Source: Scenedesmus sp. PABB004
Taxonomy: Eukaryota
Length of the DNA stretch: 64,000 bases
NCBI GenBank assembly: GCA_014905635.1
Contig: CM026547.1
Coordinates: 3,410,001 to 3,474,000, forward strand
Direction of reading: 5' to 3'
The first letter of the stretch is position 1; every line of letters starts with the position of its first letter. Below the pieces are notes generated by a model that searched no databases, was not told the DNA's origin, and was given only the letters and a program-made list of their open reading frames with translations. Below, piece after piece: positions 28,222 to 39,029 of the stretch. Made by a program: the position numbers and the translations under genes.

Positions 28222-28300
28222 CGCCGGGGGCGCGGCGGGGACGGGCCGGCGCGCAGCGACCGGCGGCGTCGGCGCGCGCGGTCGCCAGGGGGCGTCTGTC

Positions 28301-28324
28301 TGTAAGCGCACGCACGCCGTTACA
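28301..28324. terminator. Opposed TGTAA signals (plus 28301-28305; minus 28324-28320)
   Basis: Both lie in the 124-nt gap between the convergent uL30 and UBA genes. Confidence 0.65.
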
Positions 28325-28345
28325 CTGTGCGGCGGCCGCCGCCGC

Positions 28346-28747
28346 TCATCCCACGAGCAGCGCGATGGCCGTCTGCAGGTCGTTGCCGGCCTGCTGCAGC
28401 GCCGCCGCCGCGCGCTCGCGGGTGAAGCCCATCGCCAGCAGCGCCTGCAGCGCCTCGGGGTTGGGCGGCCCCGCCGCGCCGCCGCCGCCCGGCGCGCCGC
28501 CGCCGCCTCTGTGCCGCAGGCCCGCGCCCGCGCCGCGCCCCGCCACCGCGGCCTCGACGCCGTCCTGGAAGCCCGCGCCCATCGTGCCCGCGCCGCCGCG
28601 CGCGCCGGCGCCGCCGCGCGCGCCCTGGCCGGGCGCGTTGCTGACCATGACCACGGACGGCCCGTTGGCGCGCGGGTCGACCAGCAGGGGGCCCAGGAAG
28701 CGCGACGCCAGCGCCACCAGGGGCGCCGGCAGCTGCGCGGCGCGCGC

Positions 28748-28800
<53 letters not shown>

Positions 28801-29701
28801 CGGGGCACCGCACGCTGCGCGCGGGCCGCAGCCGCCGCTGCTGGCCGCCCCCGGCGCGCCGCGCCCGGGCTCACGCGCAGGCGCTTGATGCCGCAAAAGT
28901 CGGCGCGGTAGAGGGCCCCGCGAGCGCGCTGCTCGCGAGCGCCAGCAGCGACTGCCGGCCGCTGGAGAAGACGAGCTGCAGCCCCGCGAGGTACACAAAC
29001 GCCTGCGCGCGCGCGCGCCGCGTGTGCCGGGGCGCCGCGGCGGCGGCAGCGGCGTCGGCGCGCGCGCCCAGACGGGCGGGCCAGCAGCTGCGCTGCCGGC
29101 GGGCGCCGCGCCCGCGCCCGCGCAGCAGCCGCCGCGGCGTCGCGCCGCGCGCGCCTTGTCGCTCATGGGCACGCCGAGCAGGCTGAAGTGGCTGGTGGGC
29201 GGTATGTCGAGCATGAAGGGCAGGAAGGAGGCAAACACGAGCGGCAGCGGCCCCGGCGCGAGCGGGGCGCCGAGGCGCAGCACGCGCGACGCGGCGAGCT
29301 GCAGCGCGTAGCTCAGCCCCGTCACGACCGCCGCGTAGCTGCCGTACTTGGCGCTGCCCGCCTGGCGCTCCAGGACGCGGTAGTAGTAGAGCAGGAAGGC
29401 GCCGAACAGCAGCTCGCCGGGGCTGCGGAACGCGAGCGCGGTGCTCGCCGCCACGAGCGGCCGCGGGAGGCGGCGGTGGCTCGCGCGCGCCGCGTTGGCC
29501 ACCACCGACGCGCCCACCGCCGCCAGCACCAGGCCCTTGGACACGGGCGCGTGCGCTGCGGCGCGCCGCGGCGCGGGGCGCGGTTGTTGGCGCGCCGCGG
29601 CGGCGGCAGCAGCGCCCGCGGCGCCGCGCCCAGCGCGTCCGCGCTCGCGTGCCGGCGGGCGGTCGGGGGTGCTCACCGAAGCCGCCCGGTCCCACGTTCA
29701 T
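28346..29701 (-). CDS. Rhomboid-like pseudoprotease with C-terminal UBA (UBAC2/RBL20-like); apparent 1-nt frameshift at ~28916-28919
   Basis: MNVGPGGFAHAPVSKGL, LLYYYRVLERQAGSAKY, MSDK|AFVYLAGLQL, UBA LQALLAMGFTRERAAAALQQAGNDLQTAIALL. Confidence 0.85.
28751..28799 (+). repeat. (GCG)n microsatellite in intron
   Basis: About 16 perfect triplets next to the last acceptor of the UBA gene. Confidence 0.9.
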
Positions 29702-29724
29702 GGTGGCACGGCCTGCTGCGGCCG

Positions 29725-29994
29725 CAGCCAGCGGCGGCGGCGGCGCTGCTGCGCCGCTGCTGATGGCGCCGCGCCCTCCCGCGCTGCCCGCGGCCGCCCG
29801 TGCGCTGGTGCTGCGGCGGTTCGCGTGAGCGTCGGTGCGCGCGTGTGTGGGGGCCGGGGCCGGGCGGGCCGGGGCCAGTGCGACGCGCGGTGGCGGGCAC
29901 TGGCCGGGCGCCGCGCCCGGCCCGCTCCCCGGGCAGCCCGGCGTCTGCTGCGCCACTGCGGGCGGGCGGCGCGCACTGGCACGCCTCCCCCGCG
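29725..29994 (-). repeat. Copy B of ~270-bp inverted duplication (divergent promoter/5' UTR)
   Basis: Reverse complement of 27384-27649 with few differences. Confidence 0.93.
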
Positions 29995-30078
29995 GCGCCC
30001 CACGCCCTCCGAGCTGGTCCGCCGGGGCCGCAGCAGCAGACATCGCATCGCGCCCGCCCCGCCCGCCATGGCCCCTTG

Positions 30079-30288
30079 ATGCGCGAGCATGCGCTGCACC
30101 TTGCACTGCTAGTGGGCGCAGTCGCCGTCTTCTGCCGCTTCTTCGTGGTCGAGCAGCTCGGCCTCTGGCTCTGCGGCCTGGCCTTGCTCGGCCTGGCCGC
30201 CCTCGCCGCGTGCCTGGCGGAGACGACCGACTACACCGCGGCCTGGGGCAGCCAAGGCGCCCGCGGGGCGGCGGCGACGCGGCGCTAG
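30079..30288 (+). CDS. Small two-TM protein (69 aa) directly upstream of RPB5
   Basis: MREHALHLALLVGAVAVFCRFFVVEQLGLWLCGLALLGLAALAACLAETTDYTAAWGSQ...; coding-like third positions; two hydrophobic stretches. It may really start at the ATG at 30068. Confidence 0.6.
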   Translation: MREHALHLALLVGAVAVFCRFFVVEQLGLWLCGLALLGLAALAACLAETTDYTAAWGSQGARGAAATRR

Positions 30289-30349
30289 CGGCGCGGCGGC
30301 GGCGGCGGCAGCAGCGGCGGCTGCGCCGGCCGGCGGCGGCGGCGGCGCG

Positions 30350-31464
30350 ATGGATCACCTCACGCGCATGTACACGGTTCGCAAGAACTGCGCGCAGATG
30401 CTCTCCGACCGGGGCTACCTCGTCGGCGAGGTGCGGCGGCACGCGGCACGCGCCGCGGCGTGCGGCGCTTTGCGCACGCAGCGCGGCAGCGGCCCACGCG
30501 CGCCACCTCCCGGTGCGGCGCGCGCAGGAGGACCTGAGCATGGACATCAACGCCTTTCGGGAGCGCTTCGGCGACGTGCCGCAGAAGACCGACCTCACCA
30601 TGTACTGCCCGCTGCTGGACGACCCCACCGAGAAGGTGCGCCCGGGAGCCCGCGGCGGCGGCGGCCCGCGGCGGCCAGCGGCGGGCAGCTGCAGGCAGCG
30701 GCCGGCCGCGCCCCAGCGCCGACGCCGCCCCGCCGCTGCCGCGCGTGTGGCCGCCAGATCTTTGTGTTCTTCCCCGACGCCGCCAAGGTGGGCGTCAAGG
30801 ACATCAAGGTGCGCCCGCGCGTGCGGCGGCGGACCGCCGGGGGCGGGCGGGCGGGGGCAAGGCGGGCTGGCGCGCCGGCAGCGCACGCGGACGGGGCGCG
30901 TCGCCGGGGCCGCGCCCGCGCGGGCCGCGCCGACGCCCGCCCGCGGGCGCGCGCGGGCGGCGCCGCCGGCAGGCCATCATCGACACCATGCAGACCGAGC
31001 AGGTCAAGCGCGGCCTCATGGTGCTGCAGTCGGTGCTCACGCCGTTTGCCAAGTGCGCGCGCGGCGCCGCCGGCCGCCCGCCCCGCGCCGCGCCGCGCCG
31101 CGCCGTAGCGCCGTGCCGCAGCGCCGTGCCGCAGCGCCGCGCTAACGCGCCGCCCTGTGTGCCGCCGCGCCGCAGGGGCGTGATCGCCGAGATCAGCGGC
31201 CGCATGATCGTGGAGTGCTTCACCGAGTCGGAGCTGCTGGTGAACATCACCAAGCACATCCTCGTGCCGGAGCACCGCATCCTGTCGGCCGAGGAGAAGG
31301 AGACGCTGCTCAAGCGCTACAAGGTCAAGGAGAACCAGCTGCCCCGCATCCAGCACAGCGACCCCGTCGCGCGCTACTACGGCCTGCAGCGCGGCCAGGT
31401 CGTGCGCATCGTGCGGCCGAGCGAGACGGCGGGGCGCTACGTCACGTACCGCTGGTGCGTGTGA
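30350..31464 (+). CDS. RPB5: RNA polymerases I/II/III shared subunit RPB5
   Basis: Five exons. [73 protein letters not shown] at 31628-31632. Confidence 0.97.
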
Positions 31465-32130
31465 GCGCCGCCGCGCGGCGGCACGCGAGGGGGGCGAAAG
31501 CGCGCCCCCCGCGGCGCCGCTCGCTGCTGCAGCGGCAGCAGCGCGCCGCGCGCGCGGACGCGACGGGCGGCGGCGGCGCTCGCGCGCCTGCCTGGAGCGG
31601 GGCGGTGGTGACGGCGGCGTCGAGCCGTGTAAATCCAGCGCCCGCCGACGGCCGCCGCGCTCCGCGATACCAGCGCTGCGCGCCGGCGTCGCGGCTGGCT
31701 GCCGTCGCGCGGCGTGGCCCTCATTCGGTCGGGAGGGACGCGGGGGTCGGGCTGTGGCGCCGCCGCGCGCGCGGCTTGCGCCGACACAAAAGTACGGCGG
31801 GCCTGCGCCCTGAACCGCGCGCGGCCGGCGGCTTCTTCACTCCCTCTCGCCGCTCGCCAGCCCCAGACTCCGCCTCTGTGCCCACTGCGACGCTCTGCAA
31901 CTCTCCACGCGCTCTCTGCGCAGACTGTGCGCCCTCAAAGCCGCCGGCACCCGACGCCGCTCGCCGCGCCGGCCACCGCACCGGCCCCCCGCCGCGCCAC
32001 TCGCCGCTCCCAAGCCTCCGGGTGCGTTAAAGCCGTCCTCTCGCCCCGCTCCGCGCGCCAGCGCGCGCCTCGCGCCGCGGGGCGACCGTTGGGGGGGTTG
32101 ACCGGTCCGCCCCCGCGCCGCCGCAGAGCC

Positions 32131-33070
32131 ATGGCGTGTGCCAACAAGCTGCGCTGCACCTCGGGCGTGGTGCTGGCGCTGTGCTTCGCGTCGTGGGTCA
32201 TCGCGCTCGGCGGACTGGGGGCCATGAACTGGATGGTGTGCTCCGACTACCAGACCACGCTCGCCGACATCAAGGCCAACCTGGCGGCCAACTACCCCGC
32301 CGACCCGGCCGCGCCCGGCGGCGGCAGCGACTATCACCTCTATGATGCCTCGTCCAAGCTGCGCCTGCCAACCGAGGGCACCGCCGCGGCCGCCGACGTG
32401 CCGCTCTGCTCGCGCTCGTGGCGGTGGGAGTGGTTCGCGCTGTTCTTCCAATTCGTCCTCGTTGCGTCGGCACTCGCTGTCACCGCACTGCCGGGCAGCC
32501 GCCTCGTGCGCGCGCGCTTGGCGCTCGCCAACATGCTGTCGATCGCCACGGTCGTCATCATGGTGCGCCGCCATGGGGGGGCCGCGGAGGCGCGGCGGGG
32601 CCGCCGCCCCGCCGTGCTGGCCCGCGCGGCTTGCTGTGAGCTCAGCTCACCCCGCGCCCGCGCGCCGCGCCGCGCGCCGCGCCCGCAGGTGGCGGTCAAC
32701 GACAACGTGACCGACGTGTGGTTCTTCTGGGACACCCACAAGCTGTTCAACGAGTGGGCCGGCGTCATGGCCAAGCTCTACATGTCCGCCGCCGCGCTCG
32801 TCGCCGGCTGGGTGCGCCGCGCGCTGGCTGGCCGCTGCTTCGCTCGCGTTCTGGCCCGCCGCTGCGCCGCCCGGGCCCACGCGCGCGCCGCGCGCCGCCT
32901 CCGCCGCGCAGATCCTGGTCGTGATCTTCAACCTGGTCTGGATCGGCGTGGTCCTGGACGCCGAGGTCGCCGCCGCCGACGCCTGCTGCCCCGCCGCCGC
33001 CGCCGCCGCGCCGATCACTGGCGACGTCGAGGCAAACGTGCAGGCCGGCGGCGCCGCGGCGCGCAAGTGA
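32131..33070 (+). CDS. Four-TM membrane protein, LCI1/Sho1-like (paralogue 1)
   Basis: Three exons. SWVIALGGLGAMNW, CSRSWRWEWFALFFQF, LANMLSIATVVIM, AALVAGWILVVIFNLVWIG. Family resemblance is from recall only. Confidence 0.8.
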
Positions 33071-33667
33071 TGCGTCTGTATGTGTGAGCGCGTGTGAGCG
33101 CATGTGTTTGTGTGTGTGGGAGTGTGGGTGGGTGTGTGGGTGTGTGCCCCTCTGCGGGCGGCAGCGCCGGGAAGTCCGTATCATCGTCGCGCCTGCCGCG
33201 TGCATGCCCTGCTGGCGGCATGGGTGGCTGCTGGGGACAAGAGCCCAGTGAGGGAGCGAGTGAGTGCTGGTGGCAAGCCCGCTCGCTGCCGTCGCGCGTC
33301 CGCCGCCGCGGGTCGGTCAGCGCGGCGCACACGACAGGGCGCAGCGCGCCAAGACCTCCACCTGCGGCGGCGCGGCCCATGTCTGCCAGGGGCGTGGGCG
33401 TAGCGCACTGGGGATCCCCCGACCACGGGCTGGCCGGGCCACAGCCCCGCCGCGCCCCCTGCACGTCGGCGGCGCGAGGGCACCGGCAGCAGCGGCAGCG
33501 GCGGTCGCGCGGCGCGGCGCTCGCTCCCCCCGCGCGCCGCGGCCCCGGCCTCGCACCTGACTTGAAGAGCGCCACGTTCGTCGTTCGCTGGCCGGCGGAG
33601 GCGGCGCCTGTTCCGCTGGCAGCGGCGGCGCGCGGCAGCGCCTGCTGCTGCTGCCCGCGCAGCAGCG

Positions 33668-36600
33668 ATGCAGGGCCGGCCGCCGGGCTGGGTGGCGCTG
33701 GGGGGCGCCTCTCGCAAGGAGCAGTCCAGGTGCGACTGCCGCCAGGCCGGCACGCGCCCGCGCGCACGGCGCGCGCCGGCGACGCGCCTGCCGCTGCCAG
33801 CGGCGCCGTCCCCAGCGTCGCCGCCCGCCGCGCCGCCCGCCCGCCGGCAGGGAGGACCTGCTGCAGCAGGCCAAGGCGGAGCGGGCGGCGCGCGGCGAAG
33901 CGCGGCAGCGAGCGCGCGCGGCGGCGGTGCTGCAAGCGGCGTGGCGCAGCAGGGCGGCGCGCAGCGCGCACCGCGCGGGGCTGCTGCAGGCCTGGGCGGC
34001 GGCGTACGCGCGCGCGGCGGCGCAGCCGGAGCTGCTGCTGCCTGCCGCGGAGCTGCAGGGCGCGGTGCGGCTGCTGCTGGCGGCGCTGCTGCCGTTTGCG
34101 TCGCGCCGCAGCGAGGCGGCGCTGGCGAGCGGCGCGCCGCGCGCGCCCGGCGGCACCCCCGGCGCCGCGCTGGCGCTGCGGGGCACGCTGGCGCTCGTGC
34201 TGCGCAGCGTCGGCGCGGAGCTGCCAGAGCGCAACTTCACGTCGGGCGCAGCCGGCGCGCACGCCCAGGTGGTTTAGCGGGCGGGGCGGCGCGGCGACCG
34301 CCCGCACGTGCTGAGCCCCGCGCGCGTGCTGAGCCCCGCCGCGTGCTGCGCGCGCGCGCGCGCGCCCACAGGCGTGGCGGCTGCAGGCGCTGCGGCTGTG
34401 CCAGCTGTGCTGCCTCGTGCTGGCGGCCGACGCGGCCGCGCCCGACCCGGTCGTCGACGCTGCGGCCGCGCGCCTGCTGCAGCTGCTGACGCACCACCGC
34501 AACTGGGGCGGCGCGGCCGAGGACGGCGGCGCCGCGGCCGCGGCCTCCGCAGCGGCGCTGCTGTCCGGGCTGGCCGCGCGGCCGCTGCCGCTGCTGCAGG
34601 CGGTGCGGCGGCTGCTGGTCGTCGTCAGCCAGAGCCAGGGGCGGCCGCCCGCGGGCTGCGCGGCGAGCGGTGCTCTGGCGGCTGGGGCCGCAGCCGGGCC
34701 AGGTGCGCGCTCGCTGCGGGGCGCGCGTCTCTGTCGGGGCCGGCGCGCACCACGCGACGCGCCGCGCGACGCGCCGCGCGACGCGCCGCCCGCCCGCCCG
34801 CCCACCGCCGCCGCCGCCGCGCTCACGCAGCCCTGCAGCGCCTGCTCGGCTGCTGCGCGGCGGTGCTGGAGACGGCCGGCGGCAGGCCGCAGCAGCAGCA
34901 GACGGGCTTCTGTGAGCGCTTTGTGCTGCTGGTGCTGTCGGCGCCTGGCCTGGCCGCAGCCATGCCCGCGGCGATCAAGGCGCGCCTGCTGGAGCCGGCG
35001 GTGCTGCAGGAGCAGCTGCTGCCGCGCGCGCGGGAGCTGGCCGGCGCGGGGCAGCTCGCCGGCGTGCCCGCCCTGCACTGCCTGGCCAACCTGGCGCAGC
35101 TGCTGACGGGGAGCGCCCCGCGGGCGGCGGGCCCAGTCCCCGCTGACCCGAAGCCCTCGCCGCACCTGGAGGCCGGGCCGGCAGCGCTGGCGTTCTGCGC
35201 CGCCGCGACGCAGCTGCTGTCGGCCGGCGCCCGCGGCGGCAGCGCCCTGGCGGGTGGGCGGCGGCAGCGCGCGCAGGCCGCCCACCCGCCGGACGAGCAG
35301 GCGCCCGGCAGCGTGCTGAGCGAGGGCTGCTGGGCGCTGGCCACGCAGACGCACCTGCTGCAGCTGCTGCGCGTGCTGGGCGCGCACGGCGAGCTGGACG
35401 GCATGGTGGCCTGGGCAGCGTACGCCACGCACCTGCTGCAGGACGGTGGCGGCGGCGGCGGCAGCGCGGCGGCCAGCAGCAGCAGCAGAAGCGGCGGCAC
35501 CGGTGGCGTGGGCGCGGGGCAGCAGCTCCCTGCTGCCGCGCTCAACGTGCTCGCCTTTGCGCCGGGCGTGCTGCCCACGCTCTGGCGCTGGCTCGCCGTG
35601 ACGGCTGGGCTGCCGCTGGAGGCGCCGCTGCAGGCGAGTGGCGGGCGCGCGCGCGCCCCGCCGCGGCCTCCCGTGACGCACCGCGCACACACCGCGGCAG
35701 CCAAGACCTGACGCCCGCCGCCCGCCCCCCGCCCGCCCGCCGCTGCAGGCCAGCCGCGGCCTGGACGTGGCGTCGGTCGCGCGCGGGCCGGCTGGCCTGG
35801 CGCCGCACGTGGTGCTGGTGATGGGCCTGTTCAGCAGGTGGGCGGGCCACCTGCTGGCGCTGCAGGCGGGGCAGCCGCCGCGCGCGCGCCGCCACCGCAC
35901 GCCGCCGCCGCGCGGCGGCGCGGGGCCCCGCCCAGCCTGGCGCTGCCGCGTCGGGCGCGCAGGAGCATGGCGCAGCTGCTGCTGGTGCTGGACGATGCAG
36001 ACCTGCACGTGCGGCAGACGCCCTTTTCGCTCGGGGCGAGCCGCGCCATAGCGAGCACCTTCAACAGCCTGGTGTTCCACCAGGCTTTTCCCGAGCCGCG
36101 CCCGCCGCCGGCGGCGCAGCGCGCGGGCGGCCAGCTGCAGCGGCAGCTGCAGCCGAGCGCGCCGCTCACGCCGGCCACGGTCGCGCACGGCACGGTGGGG
36201 CGCGAGCCGCCGCCGCCGCCGCGCCGCCGCCGCCGCCGCCGCCGCCGCGCCGCCGCCGCCGCCTGCGGCGGCCCGCCAGCCCCGCGCGGCCGCCCGCGCC
36301 CGCGCACAGGCCCTGCTCGCGCAGCACGCGCCGGCGGTGCTGCGTGGCTTGTACGAGCGCGACGCGCGGCAGCCCTTCTGCCAGGCCAACCTGTGGACGG
36401 AGCCATACGTCAACATGGTCGCCGGCCTCGACGCGCGCGCGCGCGCGGGCGGCGGCGCCGGCGTGGTCGCGACGACCGCGGCGGTCGTGCAGGCGCTGCT
36501 GGCGGGCGTGGGCCTCGGCGGCGACGCGGCGGACGGCGAGCCCGCCGGGGCGGCGGCGGCGGCGACGGCGGCAGCGGCCGCCGCGCGCGCGGGCGCCGCT

Positions 36601-38529
36601 GCCTCGCCGTCGCCCGGCGGCGCGCCCGGCGTGCCGGGGCTCCGCACGGGCGCGCTGCTGTCGCTGCTCCGGTGCGCACCCCAGTGCGTCCCGTTTGCCA
36701 TCCGGCTGGAGCTGTTCCGCCAGATGCTGGAGCAGGACAAGGTGTGTGCGTGTGGATCGGGGAAGGGCGGAGGGCGCACCGCATCGGCAGCGCGCCCCGC
36801 CCGCCGCCGCGCGAGCGCCCCCCCCCCCCCCCGCCCCCCGGACCTGTCCCGCCACCGCCGCGCCCGCCCGCGCGCCCCAGGTGCGGGGCCGCTGGCACCT
36901 GCCGGCCGCCGAGGGCGGCGTGCGGCCGATCAAGCTGACCGTGCGGCGCGACGCGCTGCTGGAGGACGCGTTCGGCGCCCTCGCCGGCGCGGGGGAGGGC
37001 ATCAAGGCGCGCCTGCAGGTCACGTTTGTCAGCGCGCAGGGCCTGCCCGAGGCGGGGCTGGACCACGGCGGCCTCACCAAGGAGCTGCTCGAGGGCGTCG
37101 CCGCCGCGGGGTGCCAGCCGGAGCGGGGGCTGTTTGCGGCGAGCGAGGCCAGCGGCCTACTGTACGCCCACCCCGCGGCGGAGGCCATCCCGCAGGGCCT
37201 CGCGCTGCTGCAGTTCATGGGTGCGCGCCGCCGCCGGCCGGCCGCCCGCCCGCCCGCGCCCACCCCGGCGGCGGCGTGCGCAGCCGCCTGCCCACGCCCT
37301 CGCCCGCTGCTACGCCCGCCCCCCGCCAGGCCTGATGGCGGGCAAGGCGCTGCACGAGGGCATCCTGCTGGACCTCTCCTTCGCACCCTTCTTCCTGCGT
37401 GCCCTGCAGGCGCGGCGCGGCGCGGCGCGCGGCGCGGCACCCGCTGCCGAGCGCGCGGCCGCCGACGCGCGCCCGGCGCCCCGCGCCGCGCCGTCGCACA
37501 GGGCGAGCGCCCGGGGCTGGACGACCTGGCGTCGCTCGACGCTGAGCTGGCGGCCAACCTGCTCGCAGTCAAGGGCTGCGCGCCCGAGGACGTGGAGCAC
37601 CTGGGGCTCACCTTTGCCGCGGAGCAGCAGCTCTTTGGCCGGGTGCGCGGGCGCCGCGGGCGCGCCGAGCGCTGCCGCGCCGGCTCACCCGGCGCGCGCC
37701 GTGCCGCCGCCCCCAAAACAGACGGTGCAGTCGGAGCTGCTGCCGGGCGGCGCCGGCGTGGCGGTGACGGCTGACAACCGGCTGCTGTACGTGCACCTGC
37801 TGGCCGACTGGCACCTGAACGCGCGGCTCGGCAGGGCGGCAGCCGCGTTTGCAGGTGGGGCGGCGCGTGCGTTCCCTTGCCTCCCCTCCCTCGCAGCCTG
37901 ACCCGGGGCCGCGCCGCCGCGCCGCCGCGCCGCGCAGCGGGGCTGTCGGCGGTGCTCCCCACGTCCTGGCTGCGCCTGTTCTCCCCGGGCGAGCTGAATC
38001 AGCTCATCAGCGGCGGCCGCGACGGCGTGGTGGACGTGGACGACCTGCGCCGGTGCGCTGCTGGCCCCCGCGCCGCGCCGCGGCCGACCGGCCCGCGCGC
38101 GTCAGGGCCAGCGGCGCCGCGCGCGCCGCGCCGCCCGCCGCCCACCGCCGCCCGCGCCGTGCCGCGCCGCGCCGCGCCAGGCACGCGCGCTATTCAGGCG
38201 GCTACGCGGAGTCGTCGCCGACGGTCCGCACGTTCTGGCGCGTCGTGGCAGGCCTGTCGCCCGGCGAGCGCGGCGCGCTGCTGCGCTTCGTCACCAGCAC
38301 CAGCCGGCCGCCGCTCGGCGGCTTCAAGCACCTCACGCCGCCCTTCACGGTGCACAAGGTCGACTGCGCCGCGCCGCTCGCGCTGCTGGGCGGGCGGGAC
38401 GTCGAGCGCCTGCCCTCGGCGTCGACCTGCTTCAACACGATCAAGCTGCCCAACTACCGCCGCGCGGGGACGATGAGGCAGAAGCTGCTCGACGCCATCA
38501 CCGCGGGCGCGGGCTTCGACCTCAGCTGA
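33668..38529 (+). CDS. IQ-HECT E3 ubiquitin ligase (UPL6/UPL7, UBE3B/C-like)
   Basis: About 13 exons. N-terminal [72 protein letters not shown]-stop. Confidence 0.93.
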
Positions 38530-39029
38530 GCTGCGCGCCGCGCCGTGGGGCGAGCTGGGCGCCGCCGAGGCCGCGGGCGGCGCGCCGCGACGAGCGGGCG
38601 AGCGCGGCGGCGAGCGGGCGAGAGCGGCGGCGAGCGCGGCAGGGTGTGGCCTGTGGGTTTCACAGATCCCCCACAGCAGAGAGCGAGCAGTGCTGACGGA
38701 GAGCGCGGGGCCGCGGCCAGCCCCGTCTCCCGAGCTGGGGCGGGCGCGGCGCGCCGGCATGGCTGGCGGCGCCGCGGCCCTCGCCCGCCATTGTGGTCCA
38801 GATGCTTCGCGCGCGCGCGGGGCGGGGCCGCCTGGCGCCTTGATGAGCCGACCCGTGTGATACATAACCCCCCACGGTGCCCGTGCGACTCCAACACCCC
38901 CCTCGGACCCACGCCCGTGCAGCGCGCGCAGCGTGCGACGGCGCGCGGGCCACGTGCGTTTAGGAAAAGGGCATCGGGAGGGCATCACGCAGGCGGCGCC
39001 GCCCCGCGCGCGCTCCGAGTAGGTGGCGC

